DNA of 64,000 nt from Bacteroides sp. (GTDB lineage: Bacteria > Bacteroidota > Bacteroidia > Bacteroidales > Bacteroidaceae), in contig JAMPDJ010000010.1 in NCBI GenBank assembly GCA_023665805.1, positions 17,453 to 81,452 on the forward strand, given 5' to 3'. A program made the position numbers and the translations under genes. Positions 1 through 8,696 of the stretch are shown piece after piece (position 1 is the stretch's first letter; every line of letters starts with the position of its first letter). The notes beneath the pieces are model-generated. The model was not told where the DNA came from. It worked only from the letters and a program-made list of their open reading frames with translations, and searched no databases.

Positions 1-1437
1 CAGAGAAGTGGGAACCTCGAAGTCGAACAGAGGGATCTTCTTGGTCTCGGCCTTCAGGATGCTGCCATCGAGGATAGCGTCGATGATACCACGGGTATCG
101 GGTATGGAGATACGCTTGCCGGTACCGTTCCAGCCGGTGTTCACGAGGTATGCCTTGGCACCAGACTTCTGCATCTTCTTTACCAACTCTTCAGCATACT
201 TTGTGGGATGCAACTCCAGGAATGCCTGGCCGAAGCAAGCGGAGAAAGTGGGAGTGGGCTCGGTGATGCCGCGCTCTGTGCCTGCCAACTTGGCGGTGAA
301 GCCGCTCAGGAAGTAGTACTGGCACTGCTCGGGAGTCAGGATAGACACGGGAGGCAGTACGCCGAATGCATCTGCAGAAAGGAAGATTACATTCTTGGCT
401 GCGGGAGCAGAACTTCCGGGCTGGATGTTGTTGATGTGGTTGATGGGATAAGATACGCGGGTATTTTCGGTAGCGCTCTTGTCGTTGAAGTCTATGGTGC
501 CGTCCTCTGCCACGATTACGTTCTCAAGGAGAGCGTTACGCTTGATGGCACCGTAGATGTCGGGCTCGTGCTCCTTGGAAAGACCGATAACCTTGGCGTA
601 GCAACCACCTTCGAAGTTGAAGACACCGTTATCGTCCCATCCGTGCTCGTCATCACCAATCAGGCGACGCTTGGGGTCGGTAGACAAAGTGGTCTTGCCC
701 GTGCCGGAGAGACCGAAGAAGATAGCAGTGTTCTCACCGTTCATGTCGCAGTTGGCGGAACAGTGCATGGAAGCGATACCCTGCAGGGGAAGGTAATAGT
801 TCATCATTGAGAACATACCCTTCTTCATTTCACCGCCATACCAAGTGTTGATGATAACCTGTTCACGGCTTGTGATGTTGAATGCCACGCAAGTCTCGGA
901 GTTGATGCCGAGTTCCTTCCAGTTCTCTACCTTGGCCTTGGAAGCGTTGTATACTACGAAGTTAGGCTCGAAGTTAGCCAGTTCCTCTGCAGTGGGACGG
1001 ATGAACATGTTGGTCACGAAGTGAGCCTGCCATGCAACCTCCACGATGAAGCGGACAGCCATACGGGTGTCTGCATTGGCGCCGCAGAAGCAGTCTACCA
1101 CGTAGAGTTCCTTGTTTGACAGTTCCTTCTTGGCGATGTCCTTCAAGGCAGCCCAGGTATCCTTGGAGATGGGCTTGTTATCATTCTTATAGTCATCAGA
1201 AGTCCACCATACGGTATCCTTTGAATTCTCGTCCATGACGATGAACTTGTCCTTAGGAGAACGGCCGGTGTACACACCTGTCATTACGTTTACAGCGTCG
1301 AGTTCGGTGTTCTGACCTTTCTCATAACCCTCGAGACCAGCCTTGGTCTCTTCTGCGAACAACTGCTCATAGGAGGGGTTGTGTGCAATCACGGTAGAAC
1401 CGGTGATGCCATACTGTGTCAAATCTAATGTTGCCAT
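1..1437 (-). CDS. pckA: phosphoenolpyruvate carboxykinase (ATP); N-terminal 479 codons, gene runs off the left edge
   Basis: Absent from the ORF track because it is open to the window edge. My translation of the minus strand from ATG 1437-1435 reads [30 protein letters not shown]...[28 protein letters not shown] (ATP-PEPCK P-loop)...[15 protein letters not shown], unbroken to base 1. Confidence 0.93.
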   Translation of the reverse strand, partial: MATLDLTQYGITGSTVIAHNPSYEQLFAEETKAGLEGYEKGQNTELDAVNVMTGVYTGRSPKDKFIVMDENSKDTVWWTSDDYKNDNKPISKDTWAALKDIAKKELSNKELYVVDCFCGANADTRMAVRFIVEVAWQAHFVTNMFIRPTAEELANFEPNFVVYNASKAKVENWKELGINSETCVAFNITSREQVIINTWYGGEMKKGMFSMMNYYLPLQGIASMHCSANCDMNGENTAIFFGLSGTGKTTLSTDPKRRLIGDDEHGWDDNGVFNFEGGCYAKVIGLSKEHEPDIYGAIKRNALLENVIVAEDGTIDFNDKSATENTRVSYPINHINNIQPGSSAPAAKNVIFLSADAFGVLPPVSILTPEQCQYYFLSGFTAKLAGTERGITEPTPTFSACFGQAFLELHPTKYAEELVKKMQKSGAKAYLVNTGWNGTGKRISIPDTRGIIDAILDGSILKAETKKIPLFDFEVPTSL

Positions 1438-1493
1438 TGTCTTATTAAGTTAAATGTTATGAATATATCTGTTTTCTATTCCCTTCCACGCCA

Positions 1494-1501
1494 CAAAGGT
1501 A
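1494..1501 (-). promoter_or_regulatory. candidate Bacteroides-type -7 box TACCTTTG for pckA
   Basis: Plus strand reads caaaggta, which is TACCTTTG (TAnnTTTG) on the minus strand, 57 nt upstream of the pckA ATG. Confidence 0.4.
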
Positions 1502-1563
1502 GTGATTTCCGGGGACAGTACATCTATGTATATAGTACTATCTTGAAGAAAACACGGGTTTTG

Positions 1564-1929
1564 CTATCCTAACTTTGCAACGATGGCTTCCTTCTGCTCC
1601 TGCTCAACCTTGTTGTTGTCCAACAAGAACTCCACAAAGCGAACAAGGTCGTCATTGAAATAATCGTGCTGTATCTTATCTAACACTCTACGACAATACT
1701 GTTCTTTGGAGATGCAGGGTGTGTAATACTGCATGGCACCTACGCGCTCCATCTTGCAAAAACCCTTGTGGACAAGTATCTTCATGAAAGTGGCAGTCGT
1801 CGTATACGCCGGTTTGGGATCTTCGAAGCCTTCTTGTATGTCGCGAACAAAACCTCCTCTCGTCGGCAGGTTCCATAGGTTCAGCATGCACTGAAGCTCT
1901 GACCTGGTCATAAATTTTCTGTCTCTCAT
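1564..1929 (-). CDS. BlaI/MecI/CopY-family winged-helix transcriptional repressor (orphan, no adjacent BlaR1/M56 sensor)
   Basis: 121-aa ORF with ATG start. The length and sequence pattern (MTRSELQCMLNLW...TTTATFMKILVHKGF...) are typical of the penicillinase-repressor family. Confidence 0.8.
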   Translation of the reverse strand: MRDRKFMTRSELQCMLNLWNLPTRGGFVRDIQEGFEDPKPAYTTTATFMKILVHKGFCKMERVGAMQYYTPCISKEQYCRRVLDKIQHDYFNDDLVRFVEFLLDNNKVEQEQKEAIVAKLG

Positions 1930-1975
1930 ATCTATTTTATTTGATTATGATGCGATTTAGTGCGCATCCGGTTTA

Positions 1976-1983
1976 CAAAGTTA
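1976..1983 (-). promoter_or_regulatory. candidate -7 box TAACTTTG for the blaI-like gene
   Basis: Plus strand reads caaagtta, 47 nt upstream of the ATG at 1929. A GATGCG-N8-CGCATC dyad (1949-1968) lies between the box and the ATG. Confidence 0.35.
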
Positions 1984-2081
1984 GCACTAAACAATGAAAA
2001 TGAGCCTACTAAATTCACAGGTAATGACACGGGTCATTTGTGTTTAACATAAATTTACTTGTTATTCGGGCATAACAGGTG

Positions 2082-4031
2082 TCAGTTCCTTTTCGCCTTC
2101 TCTTTTTCTCTCTCTTTATTGCGTTCCCGGGGTGTTTTTCCCTTGTCTGCTTTTTGCTTGACCAATTCGCGTGGTTTCTGCTCCAGCACAGGGATTCCAC
2201 GCACGTCCCAGGCCTGTTCCACGTCCCATCCGGCACGCACGTTCATGGGTTTGGGGAAGTAGAAAACCGGTTCCGGCTGTGTGCCGTTGCCGTATTCGCC
2301 GGCATCCCATATTCCGTTGCCGTTCCTGTCTGCAAAACACCTCATGTAGTACATGTCTGGGCGCAGGTAATAAAATTCCGCAACGCCTGAAGCCGAAGCC
2401 CGCTGCCTGGCGACCACGTTGTCCGAGCGGTTGAGCAGCTGCACCACCATTCCGGTATCCGGTATGGCGAGATTTACAATCAAGGTGCCGTATTCATCAA
2501 GGGAGCGCACACGCAAATCCCCTTTGGATTTCTTGTTGGCATGTCCCATCACTCCCGTTATTGCCATAGAGTCTATCACCACGCTGTACTTGAGTTCCGG
2601 CTTCCACTCGGCATACAAGGTGTAGGATTTCGCATCGTTAGGTGTAGGCAGCAATATGAATGGTTCCTTGTAAAGGTTGGAGTCCCGTTGCATGTAAAGA
2701 TGTACCTTTGCCGTGTCTATGGCACTGATAGGCTCGTTTATCTTTATGGTGACATTCTTGTTCGGGTCCAAGGCTCCGATGGGAGCTATTCTCAAATCCA
2801 GGAAATCCTGTTCATACGGGTTTTGTTCCGGAGGCAATGGTGTCTTGCTTCGTTTTGCACGTTTTTCGCGTTCCTTGTTCCAGTCGTCTATCTTCTTTTG
2901 CTTCTCCGTCCGGATCTTTTCCCAGCTGTTGCGGGCAACCAAGGTGACGGTATCCGGCCTCCATGCCAGTTGCCCGGTCGAGTCCGTATCCAGGAAACTG
3001 AGCAGCATCTCCAAAGTATCCGTCCTGTGTGTGAAAGCCGTATCGGTAATCCAGTAGGTCAAAGTGTCGTTTTTCTCCGAAGTCTCCATGACCAGGCATG
3101 ACTCATCGAAATTCAGGCCCTTGATTACAGGCAGTGTATCCACCGGAGCAGTGAAATACAGACGGAACCAATCCGGTTCGGTACGTTCGGTTTTCAGCAA
3201 ATGCAAATCCTGCTTGGCCTCCAGAAACGACATCAGCACGACATCGTCGGGATAGTAATGCGTGTATGGTACCACCCGTATGGAATCGTAGTATATCGTA
3301 TCTCTCCAGCAGGTATCCATGCGAAGGTCGGGACGTGAAGATGGGACATACACGGTGGTGTCGAAGGCAATCGCCTCGGCTCTTTGGCTGAAGCGATAGT
3401 CGTTGTCCATATCATTCAGTGCAAAGATTCTGTATCGTCCGGGTGCTATTCCCTTGATGGAAAAGTGTCCGCTGCCGTTGGTCCGTGCCACACGTATAAA
3501 CGGTTTGGTGCGGAACAGGCTGTCGTCATAGGCACTGTCGGCACGATGCAGTCCCACGAGGAATCCTTTGACAGGCTCCAGGTTTTCTGCGGCCAGCACA
3601 TGCCCCGACATTTCCATTGTGTCTATCACCGGCCCTGTGCTGAAACTGTAGGTGTAGAACCCCATCGGGTTACCCTCGTTGTTGTCCTCTATGGCATCGC
3701 TGAAGTCTATGGTGTACGTTGTGTTGCTTTGCAGCGAGTCGTATAGCGTCACTTTTATGTGCTTGCCGGCCGCACGCACGTTGGCCGCTTCCATCTGTGG
3801 CGGGGAGACCACCACTTTTTCGCTGGCGTTGTTTATTTTCACAAACTCGTCAAAGAGGATGCTTATACGTTTGGACTTGACCCCGACTGCCTTGTCTGCC
3901 GGAGTGGAACCCAGTACCCGGGGCGGTTCTTCGTCGTATCTGCCGCCATCGGGGCTGCCGATGCTGGCACAGGACACGACAGCGAGCAACGTTGTCGCAA
4001 GCAGTAGGAAAATGATTGTGAATCTACGCAT
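2082..4031 (-). CDS. Ig-like (Big_5/SbsA-type) domain-containing lipoprotein
   Basis: The track ORF 2082..4658 is over-extended and overlaps the GH3 gene. The internal ATG at 4031 gives MRRFTIIFLLLATTLLAVVSCAS (lipoprotein signal plus Cys), followed by a Big_5-like stretch VVVSPPQ...TTYTIDFSDAIEDNNGNPM. An alternative ATG lies at 4082. Confidence 0.7.
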   Translation of the reverse strand: MRRFTIIFLLLATTLLAVVSCASIGSPDGGRYDEEPPRVLGSTPADKAVGVKSKRISILFDEFVKINNASEKVVVSPPQMEAANVRAAGKHIKVTLYDSLQSNTTYTIDFSDAIEDNNEGNPMGFYTYSFSTGPVIDTMEMSGHVLAAENLEPVKGFLVGLHRADSAYDDSLFRTKPFIRVARTNGSGHFSIKGIAPGRYRIFALNDMDNDYRFSQRAEAIAFDTTVYVPSSRPDLRMDTCWRDTIYYDSIRVVPYTHYYPDDVVLMSFLEAKQDLHLLKTERTEPDWFRLYFTAPVDTLPVIKGLNFDESCLVMETSEKNDTLTYWITDTAFTHRTDTLEMLLSFLDTDSTGQLAWRPDTVTLVARNSWEKIRTEKQKKIDDWNKEREKRAKRSKTPLPPEQNPYEQDFLDLRIAPIGALDPNKNVTIKINEPISAIDTAKVHLYMQRDSNLYKEPFILLPTPNDAKSYTLYAEWKPELKYSVVIDSMAITGVMGHANKKSKGDLRVRSLDEYGTLIVNLAIPDTGMVVQLLNRSDNVVARQRASASGVAEFYYLRPDMYYMRCFADRNGNGIWDAGEYGNGTQPEPVFYFPKPMNVRAGWDVEQAWDVRGIPVLEQKPRELVKQKADKGKTPRERNKEREKEKAKRN

Positions 4032-4114
4032 TACAAAAGGGAATTTGTTATCATCGTGGCAATCGGGCTTTTGTCCTTTCATGGCGAGTCCGTGGCCATG
4101 TCCGGACAGAGAAC

Positions 4115-5620
4115 TTAGTTTAAGGCAAGCATCTCCTCTATGTAAGCCCTGTTGTTGGAAAGGCGTGGAACCTTGTGTTGTCCTCCCAATTTCCCCTTTG
4201 ATGCAAGCCAGTCGTGGAAGAGGCCTTTGCGCGCTACAACCAGTTCCAGAGGCTGGAGAGTGATATTCTTGTAGCGTTTGGCTTCGTAGTCCGAATTGAC
4301 CTGCTGCAAGGTCTCGTCCAGGATGCGTGCGAACTCCGACATGTCGGCAGGAGCCTGGGCGAACTCCACCAGCCATTGGTGCCTGCACTTGCCTGTGCCG
4401 TCCATGAACACCGGAGCCGCCGTGTATTCCAGCACCTGTGCCCCCGTCCTGCGGCAAGCCTCCGCCAGTCCCACCTCGGCATTGTCCACGATCAGCTCCT
4501 CTCCAAAGGCATTGATAAAGAATTTTGTCCTGCCGGTAATGATGAACTTGTACGGGTTCTTGCTTGTGAACCTGACCGTATCGCCTATCATGTATCTCCA
4601 CAGACCGCTGGAGGTGCTTATGACCATGGCATAGTTCTTGCCGGTCTCTACGCCCCAAAGCGGAACCACATTAGGGGTGGGGGCCTCTATCTCGTCCATG
4701 GGAATGAACTCGTAGAATACGCCGTAGTCCAGCATCAGGCTCATGGCCGTGTCCGCAGGGTCGTCTTGAAGGCCGAAGAAGCCCTCGCTGGCATTATACG
4801 TTTCCATATAGTGCATACCTTCCGATGGGATTAGCTTCCGATACTGCTCACGATACGGAGTGAAGGCCACGCCTCCGTGGAAAAAGACTTCCAAGTCTGG
4901 CCACACCTCTGTCAGATTGTCTTTGCCGGTAATTTCCAGTACACGGTTCATCACCGACAGCATCCACGAGGGCACACCGCTTAGATTTGTGACATTCTCG
5001 CCTATGGCCTCATGTGCTATTTTGTCGCGCTTCACTTCAAAATCTGGGAGCAGGGCTGTTTCCTTGCGCGGTACTCGCACCATATTTACAAGGGGATTGA
5101 TATTCTCTATCAGTATGGCGCTCAGGTCTCCCACCAGGGAATTTCTCCTGTTGTAGTTGGGAGCATGGCTGCCGCCCAGTATCAAGGCCTTGCCGTCAAA
5201 GATGCGGCTGTGCGGATTGTTGCGCAAGTACCACGCCACGGCATCCCTGCCGCCGGCATAGTGCGTATCTTTCAGTCCGTCCCTGCTGACGGGAATGAAC
5301 TTGCTCTTGTCGTTGGTCGTGCCGCTGGACTTGGCATACCACCGTACCTGTCCGGGCCACAGGACATCCTTGTCGCCCTGCCGCATACGGTCTATGGCGT
5401 GCTTCAGGTCTTCGTATGTGTTTATTGCGGAAGAAGAGGCAAAGTCCTCGTAAGTGCGGACGGATGCAAATCCATGTTCCACTCCCCACTCCGTGGCTTC
5501 AGCCTTGTGCGTCAGACGCATGAGCACTTGCATCTGCAACAGTTCCGCCTGTTTCGCATATTTGTCCAGGGCATTCCTGCGTAGCGAGAACAGCGGTCTT
5601 ATCATCTGTGTTATTGACAT
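4115..5620 (-). CDS. GH3 auxin-responsive-promoter family acyl-adenylate-forming enzyme
   Basis: About 501 aa with the YAKSSGTTNDKSKFIPVS adenylation motif and a GH3-like layout. The track start at 5623 is GTG; the adjacent ATG is at 5620. Confidence 0.85.
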   Translation of the reverse strand: MSITQMIRPLFSLRRNALDKYAKQAELLQMQVLMRLTHKAEATEWGVEHGFASVRTYEDFASSSAINTYEDLKHAIDRMRQGDKDVLWPGQVRWYAKSSGTTNDKSKFIPVSRDGLKDTHYAGGRDAVAWYLRNNPHSRIFDGKALILGGSHAPNYNRRNSLVGDLSAILIENINPLVNMVRVPRKETALLPDFEVKRDKIAHEAIGENVTNLSGVPSWMLSVMNRVLEITGKDNLTEVWPDLEVFFHGGVAFTPYREQYRKLIPSEGMHYMETYNASEGFFGLQDDPADTAMSLMLDYGVFYEFIPMDEIEAPTPNVVPLWGVETGKNYAMVISTSSGLWRYMIGDTVRFTSKNPYKFIITGRTKFFINAFGEELIVDNAEVGLAEACRRTGAQVLEYTAAPVFMDGTGKCRHQWLVEFAQAPADMSEFARILDETLQQVNSDYEAKRYKNITLQPLELVVARKGLFHDWLASKGKLGGQHKVPRLSNNRAYIEEMLALN

Positions 5621-6401
5621 CACCTACGTTCTTATCTTGTTCCAGTATTTTCGTCCTAAAAGTTCCTCCCCTTTTCAGTTTCGTCAAAGCTTCCTTTGAT
5701 GCCAGCTGGTGGCTTTCTTTTTTGCTGTATCCGAGGCCGCGCCCGCATTCTATCCCGGCCACGACTACGCGCGACAGGAACCGTGGCGAGGCCGTTTCCG
5801 TCTCGCGGCTTTCTTCCAGAAGTTCGAATTCAGCCTGTACATGATACTTCTGGCACCACTCCAGCAGGCGGCTTTTGAAGTTGGATTCCTTGTTGGCAAT
5901 GCCGTCCAGGTTCAGGTAATTGCCCATGATGCGCTTTCCGACGAACCACTTGCAGTATTCATATCCTCTGTCCAGATACACGGCGCCCACCAGGGCCTCG
6001 AATGCATTTCCTGCCATGTAGCTGTTGTGCGTGTGTCCGATCTGTTTGCTATGTATCAGGTCGGTAAGTCCCATCTCGTCGGCCAGTTTGCCCAAGGTCT
6101 CCCTGCGCACTACCCTGCTGCGCACGTTGGTCAGGAACCCCTCGCTCTTGCCGCTGAAACGGTTGTACAGGATGTCGCCCACCACGGCATCCAGAATGGC
6201 GTCTCCCAGATACTCGAGGCGTTCGTTGTCCTGTAAACGTTGGCCTTTCTCCTTGATGGTGGCGCTTTTATGTGTCAAGGCCTGCTGATACAGTTCTATC
6301 TTTCTGGGATAGAATCCCAAGATTCCATAAAAAGAGCGATAAAGCTGCCTATCGCGTCTGAAAGGCAACCTTATCGCGTCTATTATATTTCCTGCTTTCA
6401 C
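5499..6401 (-). CDS. rnc: ribonuclease III
   Basis: Contains the NERLEYLGDAILD RNase III signature and a C-terminal dsRBD (GYSKKESHQLASKEAL). The track start at 6497 is GTG and lies inside fabF. I propose GTG at 6401 (MKAGNIIDAIRLPF...), but the start is uncertain. Confidence 0.85.
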   Translation of the reverse strand: MKAGNIIDAIRLPFRRDRQLYRSFYGILGFYPRKIELYQQALTHKSATIKEKGQRLQDNERLEYLGDAILDAVVGDILYNRFSGKSEGFLTNVRSRVVRRETLGKLADEMGLTDLIHSKQIGHTHNSYMAGNAFEALVGAVYLDRGYEYCKWFVGKRIMGNYLNLDGIANKESNFKSRLLEWCQKYHVQAEFELLEESRETETASPRFLSRVVVAGIECGRGLGYSKKESHQLASKEALTKLKRGGTFRTKILEQDKNVGDVNNTDDKTAVLATQECPGQICETGGTVADASAHASDAQG

Positions 6402-6466
6402 AGTTGATATGCATTCGGCCGGTCCGAGGCGGACGGTGTCACCTCTTCGCCGGGTCAAGACTTGCT

Positions 6467-7732
6467 TTAATCCACGTACTTCTTGAAAATTACACACGCA
6501 TTGTGTCCTCCGAATCCGAAGGTGTTGCTCAGAGCTGCGCGTATCTCTCTCTTCTGTGCCTTGCCGAACGTGAAGTTGAGATTGTAGTCTATCTCGGGGT
6601 CCTCGTCGCCCTCTTCATGATTGATTGTGGGGGGGACGATGTCTTCCTTCACTGACATTACGCTGGCCATGGCCTCCACGGCTCCGGCCGCGCCCAACAG
6701 GTGTCCGGTCATGGACTTGGTGCTGCTTATGTTCAGCTTGTAGGCATGCTCTCCGAAGAGTGCCTTTATGGCCTTCACCTCGCTGATGTCGCCAACCGGG
6801 GTGCTGGTGCCGTGCACGTTGATGTAGTCTATGTCCCCGGGCTGCATGCCTGCGTCCTCCAATGCGTTGCGCATCACCAGGATTGCTCCAAGGCCCTCAG
6901 GGTGAGAGGCGGTGATGTGGTGTGCGTCGGCACTCATGCCTGCACCCACCATTTCGGCATAGATTTTTGCACCGCGTGCCTTGGCATGTTCCAGTTCCTC
7001 CAGGATGAGGCAGGCGCTTCCCTCGGCTATCACGAAACCGTCGCGGCTTGCGCTGAACGGGCGGCTGGCAGTCTCGGGACTGTCATTACGGGTGCTCAAG
7101 GCATGCATGGATACGAAACCGCCCACACCTGCTGCCGTGATGGCAGCTTCGGCACCGCCGCTGACAATCATATTGGCTTTGCCGAGGCGTATCAGGTTAA
7201 AGGCATCGGCCAAGGCGTTCGTGCTGCTGGCGCATGCGCTGGACGTGATATAGTTGGGGCCATGGAAGCCGTACTTGATGCTGATGTGGCCGGCACAAAT
7301 GTCGGCAATCATCTTGGGCACAAAGAATGGATTGAACTTCGGGCCGATGGTGTCCGCCGTCTTGGCATACGAGGTCACTTCCTCCTCGTAGGTCTTCATG
7401 CCACCGATACCTACACCCATGATTACGCCCACGCGGTCCTTGTCCTCCGTCTCCAGATCCATGCCGCTGTCCTCTACAGCCATTTGCGCGGCTGCCAAGG
7501 CATACTGGCAATAGGGGTCCATCTTGCGGGCTTCCTTGCGGTCGATATATTTGTTCACGTCGAAGTCCTTCACTTCGCAGGCAAACTGCGTCTTGAACTT
7601 CTCTGCATTGAAATGCGTAATGGGAGCGGCTCCACTCACGCCTGCCAGCATGTTCTGCCAGGTTTCCTGGGCCGTATTGCCGATGGGTGTCACGGCACCC
7701 AATCCGGTCACGACAACTCTCTTCAATTCCAT
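6467..7732 (-). CDS. fabF: beta-ketoacyl-ACP synthase II
   Basis: 421 aa reading MELKRVVVTGLGAVTPIGN..., with the active-site SSACASS, HGTSTPVGD and GHLLGAAG motifs. Confidence 0.97.
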   Translation of the reverse strand: MELKRVVVTGLGAVTPIGNTAQETWQNMLAGVSGAAPITHFNAEKFKTQFACEVKDFDVNKYIDRKEARKMDPYCQYALAAAQMAVEDSGMDLETEDKDRVGVIMGVGIGGMKTYEEEVTSYAKTADTIGPKFNPFFVPKMIADICAGHISIKYGFHGPNYITSSACASSTNALADAFNLIRLGKANMIVSGGAEAAITAAGVGGFVSMHALSTRNDSPETASRPFSASRDGFVIAEGSACLILEELEHAKARGAKIYAEMVGAGMSADAHHITASHPEGLGAILVMRNALEDAGMQPGDIDYINVHGTSTPVGDISEVKAIKALFGEHAYKLNISSTKSMTGHLLGAAGAVEAMASVMSVKEDIVPPTINHEEGDEDPEIDYNLNFTFGKAQKREIRAALSNTFGFGGHNACVIFKKYVD

Positions 7733-7825
7733 ATAAAAGGGAAATAGTTGCCCAGTGGATCAGCGCATACAAGGCACACGTACCACCAGACAACTATTAT
7801 TGATTAAGTAGTGTAAGACTTCAGA

Positions 7826-8059
7826 TTACTTATTGCTTTCAATGTAAGCGATAGCGTCTGCCACGGTTGCGATCTTCTCGGCCTTGTCATCGGGAATGGT
7901 GATGTCGAAGGTCTTCTCGAACTCCATAATCAGCTCAACGGTATCCAAAGAGTCTGCACCGAGATCGTTGGTAAAGCTTGCTGCGGGCACAACATCAGCC
8001 TCGTCAACACCCAACTTGTCTACAATAATCTCTTTTACTTTTGCTTCAATTTCAGACAT
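7826..8059 (-). CDS. acpP: acyl carrier protein
   Basis: 77 aa containing the [16 protein letters not shown] phosphopantetheine-attachment motif. Confidence 0.97.
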   Translation of the reverse strand: MSEIEAKVKEIIVDKLGVDEADVVPAASFTNDLGADSLDTVELIMEFEKTFDITIPDDKAEKIATVADAIAYIESNK

Positions 8060-8248
8060 ATCAATCTTGTTTTTAATTAAATTGTACGTTTAGTCTTATC
8101 TTTTGCGAGTGCAAAGTAAAGACTTTTTATGAATATCCGCAAATAAATAGCCCTATTTCTTAGCCAAAGTGCTCATTTTATCATCTTTTGTGCACCCGTA
8201 GGGCCTTGCTGTACCCGTATGTAAGCAAAAACGGGACATATTATTTTA

Positions 8249-8457
8249 CATTTAACCCAAATCGGTCATTAGATTTCCAATCCGTTTTGTCTTTATCTTC
8301 GTTCGTATTGCGTCCCGTTTCGTCGAAGGCATAGTGAGCTATGGCGAGACGAAACGGGACGCAATACGGCGAAGAGAATGTCAAAATGGAGGAAAAGGCA
8401 ATACAAATCAGCTGATTTGTACAAATGGACGTTCTAATGACCGATTTGGGTTAAATG
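8249..8457. repeat. 209-bp nested palindromic (MITE-like) element in the divergent acpP/dsbD intergenic region
   Basis: The outer arms catttaacccaaatcggtcattaga (8249-8273) and tctaatgaccgatttgggttaaatg (8433-8457) are perfect 25-bp reverse complements. The inner arms cgtattgcgtcccgtttcgtc (8304-8324) and gacgaaacgggacgcaatacg (8348-8368) are perfect 21-bp reverse complements. Confidence 0.85.
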
Positions 8458-8671
8458 CGTGTTCGATGGATTCGACATCAACCTTGCGGCACTATACTAT
8501 GGACGGAACAAGGGGCTTAGCCGAGTGCAGAGGGGCATTGGCATGCAACTCGTCCTACTCTCCGGGAAAAACGGTCGAACTCACGTTGTGTTACGGACGC
8601 ATATTAGTATCTTTCCTCGAAAGAAAAACGATTCTTTATCCTGCCGGTGTAATAATCACCGAATTTTTATG

Positions 8672-8679
8672 TACTTTTG
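8672..8679 (+). promoter_or_regulatory. candidate -7 box TACTTTTG for the dsbD-family gene
   Basis: Exact TAnnTTTG match 18 nt upstream of the ATG at 8697. Confidence 0.45.
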
Positions 8680-8696
8680 CATATCGAACAAATTAA

